DNA of 64,000 nt from Octopus vulgaris (Eukaryota), in contig OX597818.1 in assembly GCA_951406725.2 (NCBI GenBank), positions 45,074,001-45,138,000 of the forward strand, in the 5' to 3' direction. The stretch's first letter is position 1. The number at the start of each line of letters is the position of its first letter. The notes below the pieces were generated by a model, which ran no database searches, was not told where the DNA came from, and saw nothing but the letters and a program-made list of their open reading frames with translations. Below, piece after piece: positions 1 through 12,251 of the stretch. The position numbers and the translations under genes are program-made.

Positions 1-258
1 ATTTAACCTAAATTTGAGACACCAGCAAAAGAAGAAATAAAAATAGACATTTTTACTATACCAGGGAAATACGATTTCCCATGGCTTTATCGATTGCATT
101 CTCACCTGGAGTTGATTTTTGTAATTTTTTTTCAAGACTTAACACGCCCTTATACCGTCAGTATCTACAAATCAAATTTGAGCACAATCGGATGGAGGAT
201 GCCTGAGATCCTAGAACCCACACACAGACAGACAGACAGAACGATTTTATATAAGAGA
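1..258 (-). mobile_element. 5' end of a non-autonomous Helitron-like element (truncated by the window edge)
   Basis: The minus strand begins TCTCTTATATAAAA after an A and is followed by (CTGT)n. The same terminal architecture is seen at 12888, 15390 and 15791. Confidence 0.5.
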
Positions 259-288
259 TATATATATGTGTGTGTGTGTGTATATATA

Positions 289-673
289 ATTTAGAGACAA
301 ACCGCTATTTAGTTATTTAATCAATACTGAACAATATTATCTATAATATCCACAAAGAAAGTAATTAAATATATTATAATTATTATTCTCCAGGTTCCAG
401 ACTGATGTGCCAATATATCAATGCACTGGCTGAACTTATGGGCTCTGTATATAACTTTATGCAACAATTTGCAAACGCACAAACTTACAAAAACATATCC
501 CACTGACTCCCACAAAATAAAATGAATACAAAAATATTGCCGATATAATGTTTGATTTGTTTTGTGATTTTTAGAATAATAATTATAATATATTTAACTA
601 CTTTCTATGACGTTATTATAGATAATATCGTTCAGTATTGATTGAATAACAAAACAGTGGTTTGTCTCTAAAT
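289..673. repeat. Long imperfect inverted repeat, probably a Penelope-like element terminus
   Basis: 289-388 (atttagagacaaacc...attattct) is the reverse complement of 573-673 (agaataat...ggtttgtctctaaat). The downstream flank resembles the flank of the palindrome at 22009-22237. Confidence 0.75.
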
Positions 674-1435
674 TCTTTCTATATATATAATCTATTGTGA
701 ATTTTTGATTTAGTATGCTAAATTGAATTTTTTCCCCGTTGGCTTGCAATTATTATATTCTCTAAATATTAAATATACACAAACATATATATATATGTCT
801 GTATATATGTGTATGTCTCTGTGTGTGTGTGTGTGTGTGTGTGTATTTTAAAATTACATTTTAAATTACATCTCCAGTGAGTTAAATTGAGGTCCCTTGA
901 TAATAATGTTACCTTCTCTCAACTAAGCTATCTTCAGCCTGATGAGCTGCTTGTGAAGTATCCTTCATTGAATAATTATTACTTCCGAGGTTCTGCTAGA
1001 TAGGAAACACATGTAGCCTGGATTTTACCTGCTCCAGTCCCTCAATTTGGATTTTTATTCCCATTCATAGCAACCCTAGTTGCTTACCATGAATTATATA
1101 AAAAACTTATATCGGAAAAGTCTAAAGCATTCTATGCCAATAAACCATTGCTGTTCCTGGAAGTTGTTTATATATCTACTACAGACACCTCGAAGCTTAC
1201 TAACATTCTACACCTAGATCCTTAGATCATACAATCACATTTCATTTTATGTGTGTGTGTGTGCGCACGCGTGCATGTGCATGTGTGTATGTCTGTGTGT
1301 GTGTTTACACATGCACATACATATATACATATCATCATCATCATACTAACAATAAAGAAGTGCTATTGAACCAGTGCATGTGTTATTATTATTGGTGTAA
1401 TGACCCTCCCAAGACACAAGATATATGTACATGCT

Positions 1436-1468
<33 letters not shown>

Positions 1469-1482
1469 CAAACACATATGTG

Positions 1483-1745
1483 AGGATGCATGGCCTAGTG
1501 GTTAGGGTGCTGTAGTGAGGTTGTGGTTTCAATTCTTAGACTAGGTGTTATATTTCTTTCTTGAGCAAGACACTTCATCTCACATTGCTCTGCAATCACT
1601 TTGACACCTGACACATGGTATACGATGCACCTGTTCCAGCAATGTCGTTTCGATGGAGAGAGTGAGCTAATGTACACCACATATATTTGATCACTACAGA
1701 CAAATCAGTCATGCAGGTCGTCCGGTAGAAGCTGAACAGTCATAA
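1483..1745 (+). mobile_element. tRNA-derived SINE, family C variant (degenerate)
   Basis: A-box-like tggcctagtggttagg, a B-box-like gtttcaattc and the core ttgagcaagacactt, shared with other copies in the window. Confidence 0.7.
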
Positions 1746-1782
1746 ATCGTCTTTAATGGGACAGTCTATTAGATATATAAAT

Positions 1783-2393
1783 AACCCGTGGCCTATGCCA
1801 GGAGCATAACCAGCCCGCTTATGCGTAGCTTTTCCTTCTTTGGTCATAAAACTTTGCTTGCGAAGACCTGTTGAGGCAAGTGAAATCAAATCAAAATCAA
1901 AATCACTTCGATGACTAGCATCCATGCTAGCAGGGTGCAAGAGCCCCATACAAGTGTGATCATTGACAGAGCCAGTGTCGCCTTACTGGCACTATGCCTG
2001 TGCTAGTAGGGTGCCAAGAATACCATCTGAGCGTGGTCGTTGTGATCGTTGCCAGATCAGCCAACTGGCTTCTGTACCCGTGGCATGTAAAAGGGCCCCA
2101 TTTGAGTGTGATCGTTACCAACGTCGTTTCACTGGCACCTGTGTCGGTGGCACGTGTAAAAAAGATTCAAGCGAGGTCATTGTCAGTACCGCCTGACTGG
2201 CCCCCATGCAGGTGGCACATAAAAAGCACCCACTACACTCTGGGAGTGGTGGGCGTTAGGAAGGGCATCCAGCTGTAGAAACTCTGCCAGATCAAGACTG
2301 GAGCCTGGTGCAGCCATCTGGTTCACCAGCCCTCAGTCAAAACCGCCCAACCCATGCTAGCATGGAAAATGGACGTTAAATGATGATGATGAT
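1783..2393 (+). mobile_element. 5'-truncated RTE LINE copy (3' UTR only)
   Basis: Matches the 3' UTR of the LINE at 16653-17142 (gaagacctgttgaggcaagtga, gtgccggtggcacgt subrepeats). Ends ccaacccatgctagcatggaaa..ggacgttaaa(tga)n. Confidence 0.8.
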
Positions 2394-2527
2394 ATAGATA
2401 TATGTGTATGTGTGTGTGTGTATATATTTATATAATTTTTTATATATACGAAATAAAAAATTTGGATTATGTTCATCTTAGTATATCTTATTTGAATGTC
2501 TTATGTCTGTGTACTTGGAAGTAATAT

Positions 2528-2600
<73 letters not shown>

Positions 2601-2903
2601 AAATATATAATATATAAGTATATACAAACACACACATATATATATATATCAGTGCAAATGGTTCAGTTAAGCAGTATCGAGTTTTACAAATCTGTAAACT
2701 ATAATAATGGCATTATTTATGAGCTTAAAGCTTATAGCTATCACTGTGCAAATGACAAAGGAAAATGGTCTTAAATATATATATACATATACATATTTAT
2801 GTGTGTGTGTATGTATATATGTATATTAGGAAGACAACAGCATGAGAGAGGCAAATTTTAACAAAAGTTGTACGAGTTTAATGCTTAAAATGAAAAGAAA
2901 GTG

Positions 2904-2938
2904 TCTTGACATTTCAAATGCTAGTCCTTCATCAGAGA
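2904..2938 (-). ncRNA. Degenerate minimal type I hammerhead motif in a Penelope-like remnant (~2828-3170)
   Basis: The minus strand reads tct CTGATGA aggactagcattt GAAAT GTC aaga. Stems I and II are eroded. Confidence 0.45.
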
Positions 2939-3428
2939 AGAAACATAAATAAGAGCAATAAAGGAGGAGAATGAATGATAAAGAAACAAAGAGGGAAGAG
3001 AAAATGGGGGAAAATAAGAGAGAATATGAAAGAGGTGAGGTGGTTGAGGGAGATTAGGTGCACTGTAGGATTCAGTGAGAAAACTGGAAAGATCCATATT
3101 AGCGTCAACAATACGCATTAAGAAGGCAGTGAATGAACACATGTACACACACACATAGCCTCCCCACACACTCTTGTATATATAATAAATATAATATGCA
3201 AGTATGGAATATTCACATCTAGTACACAGAGGTTTCTGTCAGCAGCAGATATGATTTTATTCTAGTTCCAATTGGATAGAAAATATACATACCATTGTTC
3301 ATCTGTTAGATATATATATATATCATGTGTATGCATGTGCCATGTGTGTCTATGTTTGTGTATATATATATATATGTGTGTGTGTGAGTGTTTGTGTGTG
3401 TCTATATCTATATGTATATCTATATGTA

Positions 3429-3430
<2 letters not shown>

Positions 3431-3491
<61 letters not shown>

Positions 3492-3510
3492 ATATATATA
3501 TATATATATA
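3431..3510. repeat. (TATC)n/(TA)n compound microsatellite
   Basis: Directly visible. Confidence 0.95.
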
Positions 3511-3537
3511 CATACATTTATATATATATTTACACAG

Positions 3538-3683
3538 CATCATCATCGTTTAACGTCCACTTTCCATGCTAGCATGGGTTGGACGTTTTTGACTGAGGGC
3601 TGGCGAACCAGATGGCTGCACCAGGCTCCAATCTTGATTTGGCAGAGTTTCTACAACTGGATGCCCTTCCTATCGCCAACCAC

Positions 3684-3687
<4 letters not shown>
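3538..3687 (-). mobile_element. RTE 3'-tail fragment
   Basis: Reverse complement of the conserved RTE tail ending ggacgttaaacgatgatg. Confidence 0.8.
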
Positions 3688-3718
<31 letters not shown>

Positions 3719-3821
3719 TACATACATATATATATGTGTGTGTGTGTGTATATATATATGTATGTATGCATATATATATATATATGTATGTATGTATGCA
3801 TATATATATATGTATGTATGC

Positions 3822-3854
<33 letters not shown>

Positions 3855-3863
3855 TATATATAA

Positions 3864-4060
3864 GCTCACTCCCTCCATCAAATTGACATTAGCTGTACAA
3901 GTGCAACTGGGTGCCACATGTCAGATGTCAAAATGATCGCAGAGCAATGTGAAATTAAGTGCTTTGCTCAAGAACACAATGCAACGCCTGGTCTGGGAAT
4001 CGAACCATTCATCTCGCAATCATGAGTGCAACACCCTAACCACTTAGCCATGCGCCTTCA
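3864..4060 (-). mobile_element. tRNA-derived SINE, family C variant
   Basis: Minus-strand head gaaggcgcatggctaagtggttaggg...ggttcgattcccagacc (A and B boxes), followed by the ttgagcaaagcactt core. Confidence 0.75.
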
Positions 4061-4213
4061 CATACAAACATACACATATATATATGCCGAAATTTGCAAT
4101 GATGAATCGGTTTCTGACTGAAGAATGAAGGCTTTGAATGACCCGTCTGTTTTTTATGTTCGTGCCTTCATGTATTTCACGTTATTTATATTTATATATG
4201 TAAAGGTTTATTC

Positions 4214-4245
<32 letters not shown>

Positions 4246-4344
4246 TTATATATATATATATATGTATTTATATATGTATATATATATATGTATTTATAGA
4301 TACATATATATAAGCATACATACATACATACATACATACATACA

Positions 4345-4380
<36 letters not shown>

Positions 4381-4970
4381 GGGAGAATTCACAAAAAAAA
4401 AACAAAAGATGAAGACAGGTAGTGTAGACAATAAACAGATGTATTAGTTTAACACTAGGGAAGTGAAAAAGTCTTTAACGTTTCAAGCATACGCTCTTCC
4501 ACAGAAAGGAACACAGAAAGAAACAGGGAGAGAAATTGAAGAATATGTAGTGGCTAGCAATCTATCATGGCAAATACCGGACAGAGGGGTCACACAGGAG
4601 AGCTAGGAAGAAGGGGAGATAATAAGGTAGTGGTGATCCCAAAATGAAGGTGTACGTGCGTGTGTATAAAAGAGCATATATGTGCATGTAGAAGAGGGCT
4701 GGTGACCTTGACATGTGCATGTGTGCATGTGTAGGTGTGTGGATGATGGTGTGGGGCTGGGAAGTGGTCAGTGCTAGTTTGTGCATGGTGATGTGATGTG
4801 ACGTAGTGTTGTGTGGTGTGGTGTTGGGGTGTTGGGATGTGTGGAGACGAAAGTGGGGAAAGCAAGGGTGGAGTCTGGGTTAGGCTGAGAGTGGGGGTAG
4901 AGGTGGGGTATTTGGGATTAGGTGTAAGGGATGGGGTGGGGGTGGGATGGGATGAATAGGGAAGGTGAGT
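4381..4970 (-). mobile_element. Penelope-like element terminal (pLTR-like) fragment with a variant hammerhead at 4473-4508
   Basis: Homologous to 7022-7213, 52046-52210 and 54488-54698. The minus strand reads CTTT CTGTGGA AGAGC GTAT GCTT GAAAC GTT AAAG. It abuts a (TA)/(TACA) microsatellite. Confidence 0.6.
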
Positions 4971-5025
4971 TCATATATCGAAAAAAACACGCTCTAAAAA
5001 GCATTAGAGCAGTAATGCATCTTTT

Positions 5026-5231
5026 AGGAAGTTAAAATTTATGGCCGGTTACAGAGTGACCATTGGTTTCACACCTATACAAAGTGCTTAGCAGTATTGG
5101 TGACTTGTCAGACCCAAATGGCTAAAGGCACCTTCATCCATTTGAATCTGATGAGTCACTTATACTGCTAAGCACTTTATAGGTGTGAAACCTATGGTCA
5201 CTCTAGGACTGGCCATAACTTTTAACTTCCT
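5026..5231. repeat. ~200-bp fold-back palindrome with a hammerhead motif in each arm
   Basis: 5026-5122 is the imperfect reverse complement of 5138-5231. Confidence 0.9.
5144..5203 (+). ncRNA. Type I hammerhead ribozyme motif
   Basis: gaat CTGATGA gt[cacttata..tataggtg]t GAAA c c tat g GTC actc. Core and GUC cleavage triplet are intact, stems II and III form, and stem I has one mismatch. Confidence 0.7.
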
Positions 5232-5837
5232 GAAATATAAATATATATATATATATATATTTATATATAAAAACACATATACACATACATAGTAAGCATG
5301 TATTATTGTGTATCGAAAACCATTCTGTCTTTCGCATTTGACTTTGATGAAGCCCTGTTTAATTTTTCATTATCTTGTGATCTCTATACGTGAGAAACAC
5401 TTTATTCAGAAAAGTAAAGAGGTAATGTGCATAACACATGTCTAGTTGTCACATTTATAAAGCACCACCACAAAATCATTGTATGACAAGTACTTGAAAG
5501 ATGTTTTCAGCACTTCATTTGACAGTATTAATCCAGTTAGATATAAAAACTTGTCTGTCCTAGCTTCTTTTGTATCCATTCTCTTGGGACCAACTGCTAT
5601 TATTATGAACAGCTTAAATTCACAAGACACACTGTGAGAGGAGAAACTAGCATGTTAGTCTTGGGTATCCAAGATACATTTTTGCTTTATTTCTTTCACA
5701 TTTAACTGTAGTTGTCTGAACATTTAATTAATTGCTGAGCTCTTTAATTAAAAAAAAGCACTTAGTTTAAAAGAGTTACAATGTGCATTGAGAAGTTTCT
5801 GTCTTGTTACAACACACAAAGATATATAATCTCAATC

Positions 5838-5842
<5 letters not shown>

Positions 5843-5928
<86 letters not shown>
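5843..5928. repeat. (CA)n microsatellite
   Basis: Directly visible. Confidence 0.95.
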
Positions 5929-5932
<4 letters not shown>

Positions 5933-6288
5933 TCAGTCTATCTCTTTCCCCATATATATTTGTGTATATCTATCTCTCCCTCCACATATTCATGTATATA
6001 TACATTCAAACACACACACACGTGTGTGTGTAATTAGATGGTGCTACTAATGGCTTCATGTGACGACTTTGTATTTATTAAGTGTTTCATTTAAAAATGT
6101 TAGAGTGCTTGATAAATGTGGAGTTTCCATATATATCCATATATATATCAAACTTAAATTAAAAACACAACACAAAGGATATCGTGGCTGTCTTTAATTT
6201 AAGTTTGATATATTCTCTCACCTCTACCACTATCTGGCATATACAGGTGCTTACACTTATCAAGTATTCACTCGAAACTTACAGTACC

Positions 6289-6327
<39 letters not shown>

Positions 6328-6580
6328 TATATAACCATATGGGAGACAGACACAGTGGGTCCCTAATTCTTCATTAGTTATCAACCAAAATGGTAATATT
6401 CAGTTTCACACACACACTCATACAGATATATACAAAGCCACAGCAATGTAAGGAAGCACATTGTGACCAGTGGTGTATAACAACATCTGATAGTCTGTTT
6501 AGTAGTGACATATATATATATCGTTTTTTTTAGAAAAACATAAATTCAGAGAAGAACCCCACTCTAAGATATAGAGCAGG

Positions 6581-6771
6581 CTATATTAATTAGTGGTGAA
6601 AGCTGGTTTCTCAGGTTACCCTGGGTTTCTTGCCATAAAGGATACCTGTTGGGCAATGTATTTTAAAGAGGCCATAAGCCAACAGGTCTTAGGGTCTGAA
6701 GATACACCATAAAGATACCCTTTATGGTAAGAAAGCCAGGATAACCCTAGAAACCAGCCTTCACCAGGAAT

Positions 6772-6780
<9 letters not shown>
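6581..6780. repeat. Inverted repeat carrying a hammerhead motif
   Basis: 6581-6640 is the reverse complement of 6719-6780. Confidence 0.85.
6690..6749 (+). ncRNA. Type I hammerhead ribozyme motif with mutated stem III
   Basis: tagggt CTGAAGA tac[accataaag..ctttatggt]aa GAAA gccagg ATA acccta, with a 6-bp stem I. The inverted arm preserves GAAAC CCAGG GTA ACC. Confidence 0.65.
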
Positions 6781-6805
<25 letters not shown>

Positions 6806-6810
<5 letters not shown>

Positions 6811-6882
6811 CAAAATAAACAACAAGGATATCCAGAGGTAATGCATTGCCTCTGAATATCCTTGTTGCTTATTTTGATTATA
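6806..6882. repeat. ~77-bp near-perfect palindrome
   Basis: ataatcaaaataaacaacaaggatatccagaggtaatg|cattgcctctgaatatccttgttgcttattttgattat. Confidence 0.9.
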
Positions 6883-7021
6883 ATCACCCCATTTCGAATT
6901 ATATGGATAATACCATACTAAATTCTGGTGCCTTTAACTTAAGTACCATATTCAACTGAATCTAATATATATGCACACACACACACACATATATATATAT
7001 ATGTTTACTGTATATATATGA

Positions 7022-7213
7022 GTTGCCATGATAGATCGTTATCCACTACAAACTCTTTTTTTCTCTTCTTGTTTTTTTTTCTGTGTCCCTTTCTGTAGAA
7101 GAGCATAGGCTTGAAACGTAAAAGACTTTCTATTCCTGAGCATTATACTAATACATCTGTTTGTTTTGTACACCATCTGTCTTTGTCTTTTGTTTTTTTC
7201 GTAAACTCTCCCT
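7022..7213 (+). mobile_element. Penelope-like terminal fragment with a variant hammerhead at 7089-7124
   Basis: CTTT CTGTAGA AGAGC ATAG GCTT GAAAC GTA AAAG. Homologous to 4381-4570 and inserted in (TA)n. Confidence 0.6.
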
Positions 7214-7241
7214 ATATATATATATATATACACACATACAT

Positions 7242-7346
<105 letters not shown>

Positions 7347-7889
7347 GGACATAGAAACAGAAAGAGAGAGAAAAAGAGAAGGAAAGAAAGATGAACAGAC
7401 AGAAAAAGTCATTGGTTTTTGTGAATTTTGATGCATGTAGTCTTGATTCATATTGTCAGTGGCATGCTCTTCAATGAATTTTAAAATATTTTATAATAGA
7501 AAAGATATTATAGAAAAGACATCCAGTCATATGTTATTTTCTGTAGTAATACATATATCAAGTGTCAGGAGATAGAGCCTCTAGATAGTTGCTCAATCTT
7601 CTAGAAATAGCAGCCAATTGTCTTCAATGAAGAAAAAAAACATGCAATAACATAATCTTAAATAATTTTGAAAAGACAGAATGGTTATGAATGAAGGGTC
7701 ATTGAACACAATTGTGATCAATCAGGTTTAATCTAGGGTTAAATGCCAATTCATTAAATATCAATTAAAACAAATGATGAATACTTTTGAAAGCAGTATC
7801 GATGACACCTTATCTAATGCCTCCTGTATTCACAACTGCAACCTTTTATAATATATATACATGTGGAAAATGTAATTCTTATAATTACC

Positions 7890-8198
7890 TTCTTCTTCTT
7901 TCATCACCCTTTTCAAGCCTAGCCAGGCTCATGGGCCCGGTTTCTGTGGCATATGTGTTCCCTCCAGCTGGACGGGATGCCAGTCCATCGCAGCATTACT
8001 CAAGAAACAGCAAGAGAGAGTGAGAAAAAGTTGTGGCGAAAGAGTACAACAGGGGTCGCCGCCACCCCCTGCCAGAGCCTCATGGAGCTTTTAGGTGTTT
8101 TCACTCAATAAACACACACAACGCCCGGTCTGGGAATCAAAACCGCGATCCTCCAACTGTGAGTCCGCTGCCCTAACCACTGGGCCATTGCGCTTCCA
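7890..8198 (-). mobile_element. tRNA-derived SINE, family C
   Basis: Minus-strand head gcgcaatggcccagtggttagggcagcggactc. Homologous to 24645-24948. Confidence 0.85.
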
Positions 8199-8639
8199 CA
8201 ATTACCTTCTACATATTCTATATCTATATCGTTATGTTAGCATTTATATATTTGCATTAGAGGTTTATGTGCTTAGATTAGATAACGCTTTTATAAGAAT
8301 TTTTATACAAACAGCAATATATTTTCAAAAGACACGTTAATGAAAATACTTTCTCTAATGCATGTAAGTGAAACTACATAGCTAAAACAAAAAGTATTCA
8401 GCTGCTGTTGGGTGAATTTTAATTTCAGAAAATGTCAGGTTGGTTTATCATGGAACATAGTTTCTGACTGTATAAAAGACGTAATAAACGATACCCAAGT
8501 ATTGTTGAAATCAGCAGCACCAGAATTTGTGTGTTATCTGATGGTTGTTGATAAGACAGCAGATATACAAATACAAGCAATGACAGTAAAGTTGTTTATG
8601 GGGGTATGCTGAACAGTTCTTGGTTTCAAGGCCCAAGCT

Positions 8640-8791
8640 TCTGAGTTCTTATACAGGGTTTAGAAAAACTGAAGGACCACCGCAATAAGTGCATGAATCT
8701 GAGAAGGGAATATGTTGAGTAAAATCATAATTAACCGATCCTCCTATAATTTCTTTTACCCAAAGCCAGGAACTTTTCAGTACCCACTCAT
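8640..8791 (+). mobile_element. Mariner 3'-end remnant
   Basis: Translates to GLEKLKDHRNKCMNLRREYVE*, the mariner C-terminal consensus. Followed by a TIR-like aacttttcagtacccactcata ending in TA. Confidence 0.6.
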
Positions 8792-9629
8792 ATGATTCGT
8801 ATTTGGAAATATGACAAACTTTATGACATGAATACATTTACTTGCTTTAAAATTGATATACGAGACTACCAGGGGTGATCATTTAGCTTTCAATACCTGT
8901 CATAAAACCACCTCCTTCTCCTCCTCTCTCAAATATACTCCAACTCAGTTGAGGCTTTTTCCTTTTCCTTTCTTTTCTTTGTTCTGCAAGTTGTTTGGTG
9001 ACCTCACTACTTCTAGGGATTACAAAAGATCCACCCATTACACACTGTAAAGTGATTGGTGTTAGGAAGGGCTTCTAGCTGTAGAATCATGCCAAAGCTG
9101 ACAGTGGGGGCATGAAGCAACTCTGAGACTCAGTAGACACTGCCAAAATGTCCGACCTATCCCAGCATAGGAAAACAGATATTAAATGAGTATAATGAAT
9201 ATCAGCAATGATTAATTCTTATTTATCCCATGAGAAACTTAGCACTGTGGTAGTTACAAAGCTACAGCCTGTCTTGGTCAAGCAGACACATAATCAAAAG
9301 CAGTCAGCTTTGACCATTTCATTTTTTTTTTGTACATTAGGGAATCCATTGGGTATTGTATCTTTCTTCATTGAAGACAGCAGGGTTTAATTAGAGGAAG
9401 GTTTCGCAGTTTATTTCTAGTAGGTTATGTAACTGTGTAGATGGTTCCACCTTGTACCATATTTGTAGCATAGTCACAGATGGGGTGCCATCCATGGCAG
9501 TATCTCAAATAGGAGGGAGAAAGAATTGAAGAATTGTCGACTGGTTTTCACCAACAAAATTTTTGGTGATCAATACAGTCTTCATGAGATCCTATCAAAC
9601 CTATTTGTAGGAGTGGCTGTGTGATAATA

Positions 9630-10050
9630 GGCATAAGGAGTGGCTGTGTGGTAAGTAGCTTGCTTATCAACCACATGATTTCAGGTTCAGTCCCACTGCG
9701 TGGCACTTTGGACAAGTGTCTTCTATTATAGCCTCGGGCTGACCAAAGCCTTGTCAGTGGATTTGGTAGATGGAAACCGAAAGAAGCCCGTTGTATATAT
9801 GTATATATATATATATATATGTATGTGTGTATATGTTTGTATGTCTGTGTTTGTTGCCCCAAAATCGCTTGACAACCGATGCTGGTGTGTTTATGTCCCC
9901 GTAACTTAGCGGTTCAGCAAAAGAGGCCAATAGGATAAGTACTAGACTTACAAGGAATAAGTCCTGGGGTCAATTTGCTCGACTAAAGGCGATGATCCAG
10001 CATGGCCACAGTCAAATGACTGAAACAAGTAAAAGAGAGTAAAAGAGTAA
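9630..10050 (+). mobile_element. tRNA-derived SINE, family A (internal microsatellite, (GTAAAAGA)n tail)
   Basis: A box tggctgtgtggt, B box ggttcagtccc and an internal (TA/TG)n. Many homologous copies occur in the window. Confidence 0.9.
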
Positions 10051-10974
10051 ACCATTCAATCTATGCCGACATGAATTAATAGCAATGACAGCAAGGAGGA
10101 GGAGGAGGAGGATTTTCTATGACTGAATAATGTGATGAAAGATGTAGCAAAATATATTCGTAAAGGATTAATTATTGAACTAGAGAATATTTAAAATAAT
10201 TTTGAAGGAACTGAAAACAGAATAAGGAGGGTGATTTAATTTACCAATGTCATGTTCTCTATGAGAAAGTACTAAAGGCATTGAATGGTAATATGATTTG
10301 GTATTTTTGGTTCATATCACTAAATGGTCCGGGTTTAGGGTTGCAAAGACCAAATCAACATATCACTTCAGTTTGTACTCAAATAACAATAGCTTTGAAT
10401 AAACATTGTGAGTTTACTTAACACAACTGGAAAAATTCTGTTTGATACTTTTTCCAACACTGAAAGGACAGAAACTGTTAGTGAAGGTGGAGAATTCCAA
10501 AGAGTATTTTAATCTTTTGGAGTGATTCCAAGAGAGGCTTTAAGATTTGCAAAATTATGAATTTGGAACACAAACATGTGTAACTACCTCTGATGTGATG
10601 CCAGCTGAAGCAACTTGCAACCTGAGTTAATTCATTTACAATCAGATAGTATTTTGATATCCAGATTTAATAGTTTGTGAATTTTTGGAATTTTATGAAT
10701 TCTATGTAGATATTGAGAATTATCCAGGTTTCTGGAGTCATAAATTGAAAATTGCATCATTATTTTTTACCATTTGCTAATGTAAACATTAAATCCTCAG
10801 TCTTTTTGATAACAACCCACCTAAGTTTTGCCACTGATTCTATAATAAAACTTTTTGTTTAAAGTGATTTAAACAGAAACTTTCCATCAAAAGTTTATAT
10901 TAATTTATGTTCCAAACAATTAGGTTAAAAATGACGAAGTTATTTTACTACAGAAATCCTCAGTCTTTTTGATC

Positions 10975-11200
10975 TCCAACCAGATGGCCGCACCAGACTC
11001 CAATCTGATCTGGCAGTTTCTACAGCTGGATGCCTTTCCTAATGCCAACCACTCTGAGAGTGTAGTGGGTGCTTTTTACGTGTCACCAGCTCGAGGGCCA
11101 GTCAGGCGGTACTGGCAATGGCCACACTCTAATGGTGCTTTTTATGTGCTACCTGCACAGGAGCCAGTCCAGTGGCACTGGCAATGACCTTGCTTGAATG
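10975..11200 (-). mobile_element. RTE 3'-UTR fragment
   Basis: Reverse complement of the aaagcacccactacactc...ggcatccagctgtagaaac tail, with subrepeats. Confidence 0.75.
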
Positions 11201-12251
11201 TTTTTTTTTTCTAAACAATTCATTATCTTCAAAAATAACTGAAATGAAGGCAGGGTATTGCATCAGGTATATATTAACGAAAGGCTGAATTCTCAAAGAA
11301 TCACATGACTTACAGATGATAATCTTGTAAACCAACAATGAAATACCACGTCGTCAGTCCCTTCTAACATTTCTGAGCCTTGTTTTATAAAGCAAAGCAA
11401 AGCTGAACCAATGTTCTCATTAAGTTGCAAGATATAGTAAGAAAATATAGTAAATCAAAACCATAATACAATGAGGAATATTTAGTGCTTTGATAATTAA
11501 TGTATTATAACTATCTGGTTTATTAAAGCAACATTTTAATTAATGTTTATTAACCATCTAGTTTATTAAAATAACATTTTAATTAAGGTTGCTTCAAGTG
11601 ATTGTGTTCATGGCTTGTATTTATAAAAATAAAAGATTCATTATCCTCTCAGCACATATGCATCACCAAAGCTCTCATGCCTCTGCAATTCATTCCTGCT
11701 ATTAAAAAGCTTTCCATCTTTGAGCTGGAGGTAAATGTATTAATAGAGTAGATTAAATGCATATTCTTTGAAGGAAATTACACAAGAAAGATCACTTTCA
11801 TGCTAGTAATTTTTTTCCCACACTTAGCTCCCCCTTTATATTTAACAAGCTACAGCAAGTGAAGTTACTTGAAGTGTGTACATAAAAGGACTGCATAAGG
11901 AGCTTTATATGATACACCGGGTCATAGTGCTAGTGCATGCATATACAGCTGCATGTGTGCGCACATACACATGAGTACTGTCCAAATCTCTGACCAATCA
12001 CATACAGCTAACTGGCATTCAATTGGTGTATCAAGTTTCGGGCATTTTGATAGGGTTTTGGATAGAAAATTCACAAAAAGGTCACTTCTATTGATTTTTT
12101 AATGGCTGGGGAAATCTAAAGATGTGCACAACCACCCTTGGATGGTTTTCAATGACCATAGAAAGTGCGAGCCCTCTAACTGAAAAATTGTGGATTTGTA
12201 TAAAGGACATGCACACACACACAGACATTTTGCCATTCATATATATAGAGA

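Noticed and set aside
938-965. ctgatgag at 939 as a hammerhead
   Set aside because: There is no properly placed GAAA, stem III or stem I.
5026-5231. Palindromes as pre-miRNA genes
   Set aside because: The arms are much longer than pre-miRNA stems and contain hammerhead or Penelope signatures. An inverted transposon terminus explains them better.
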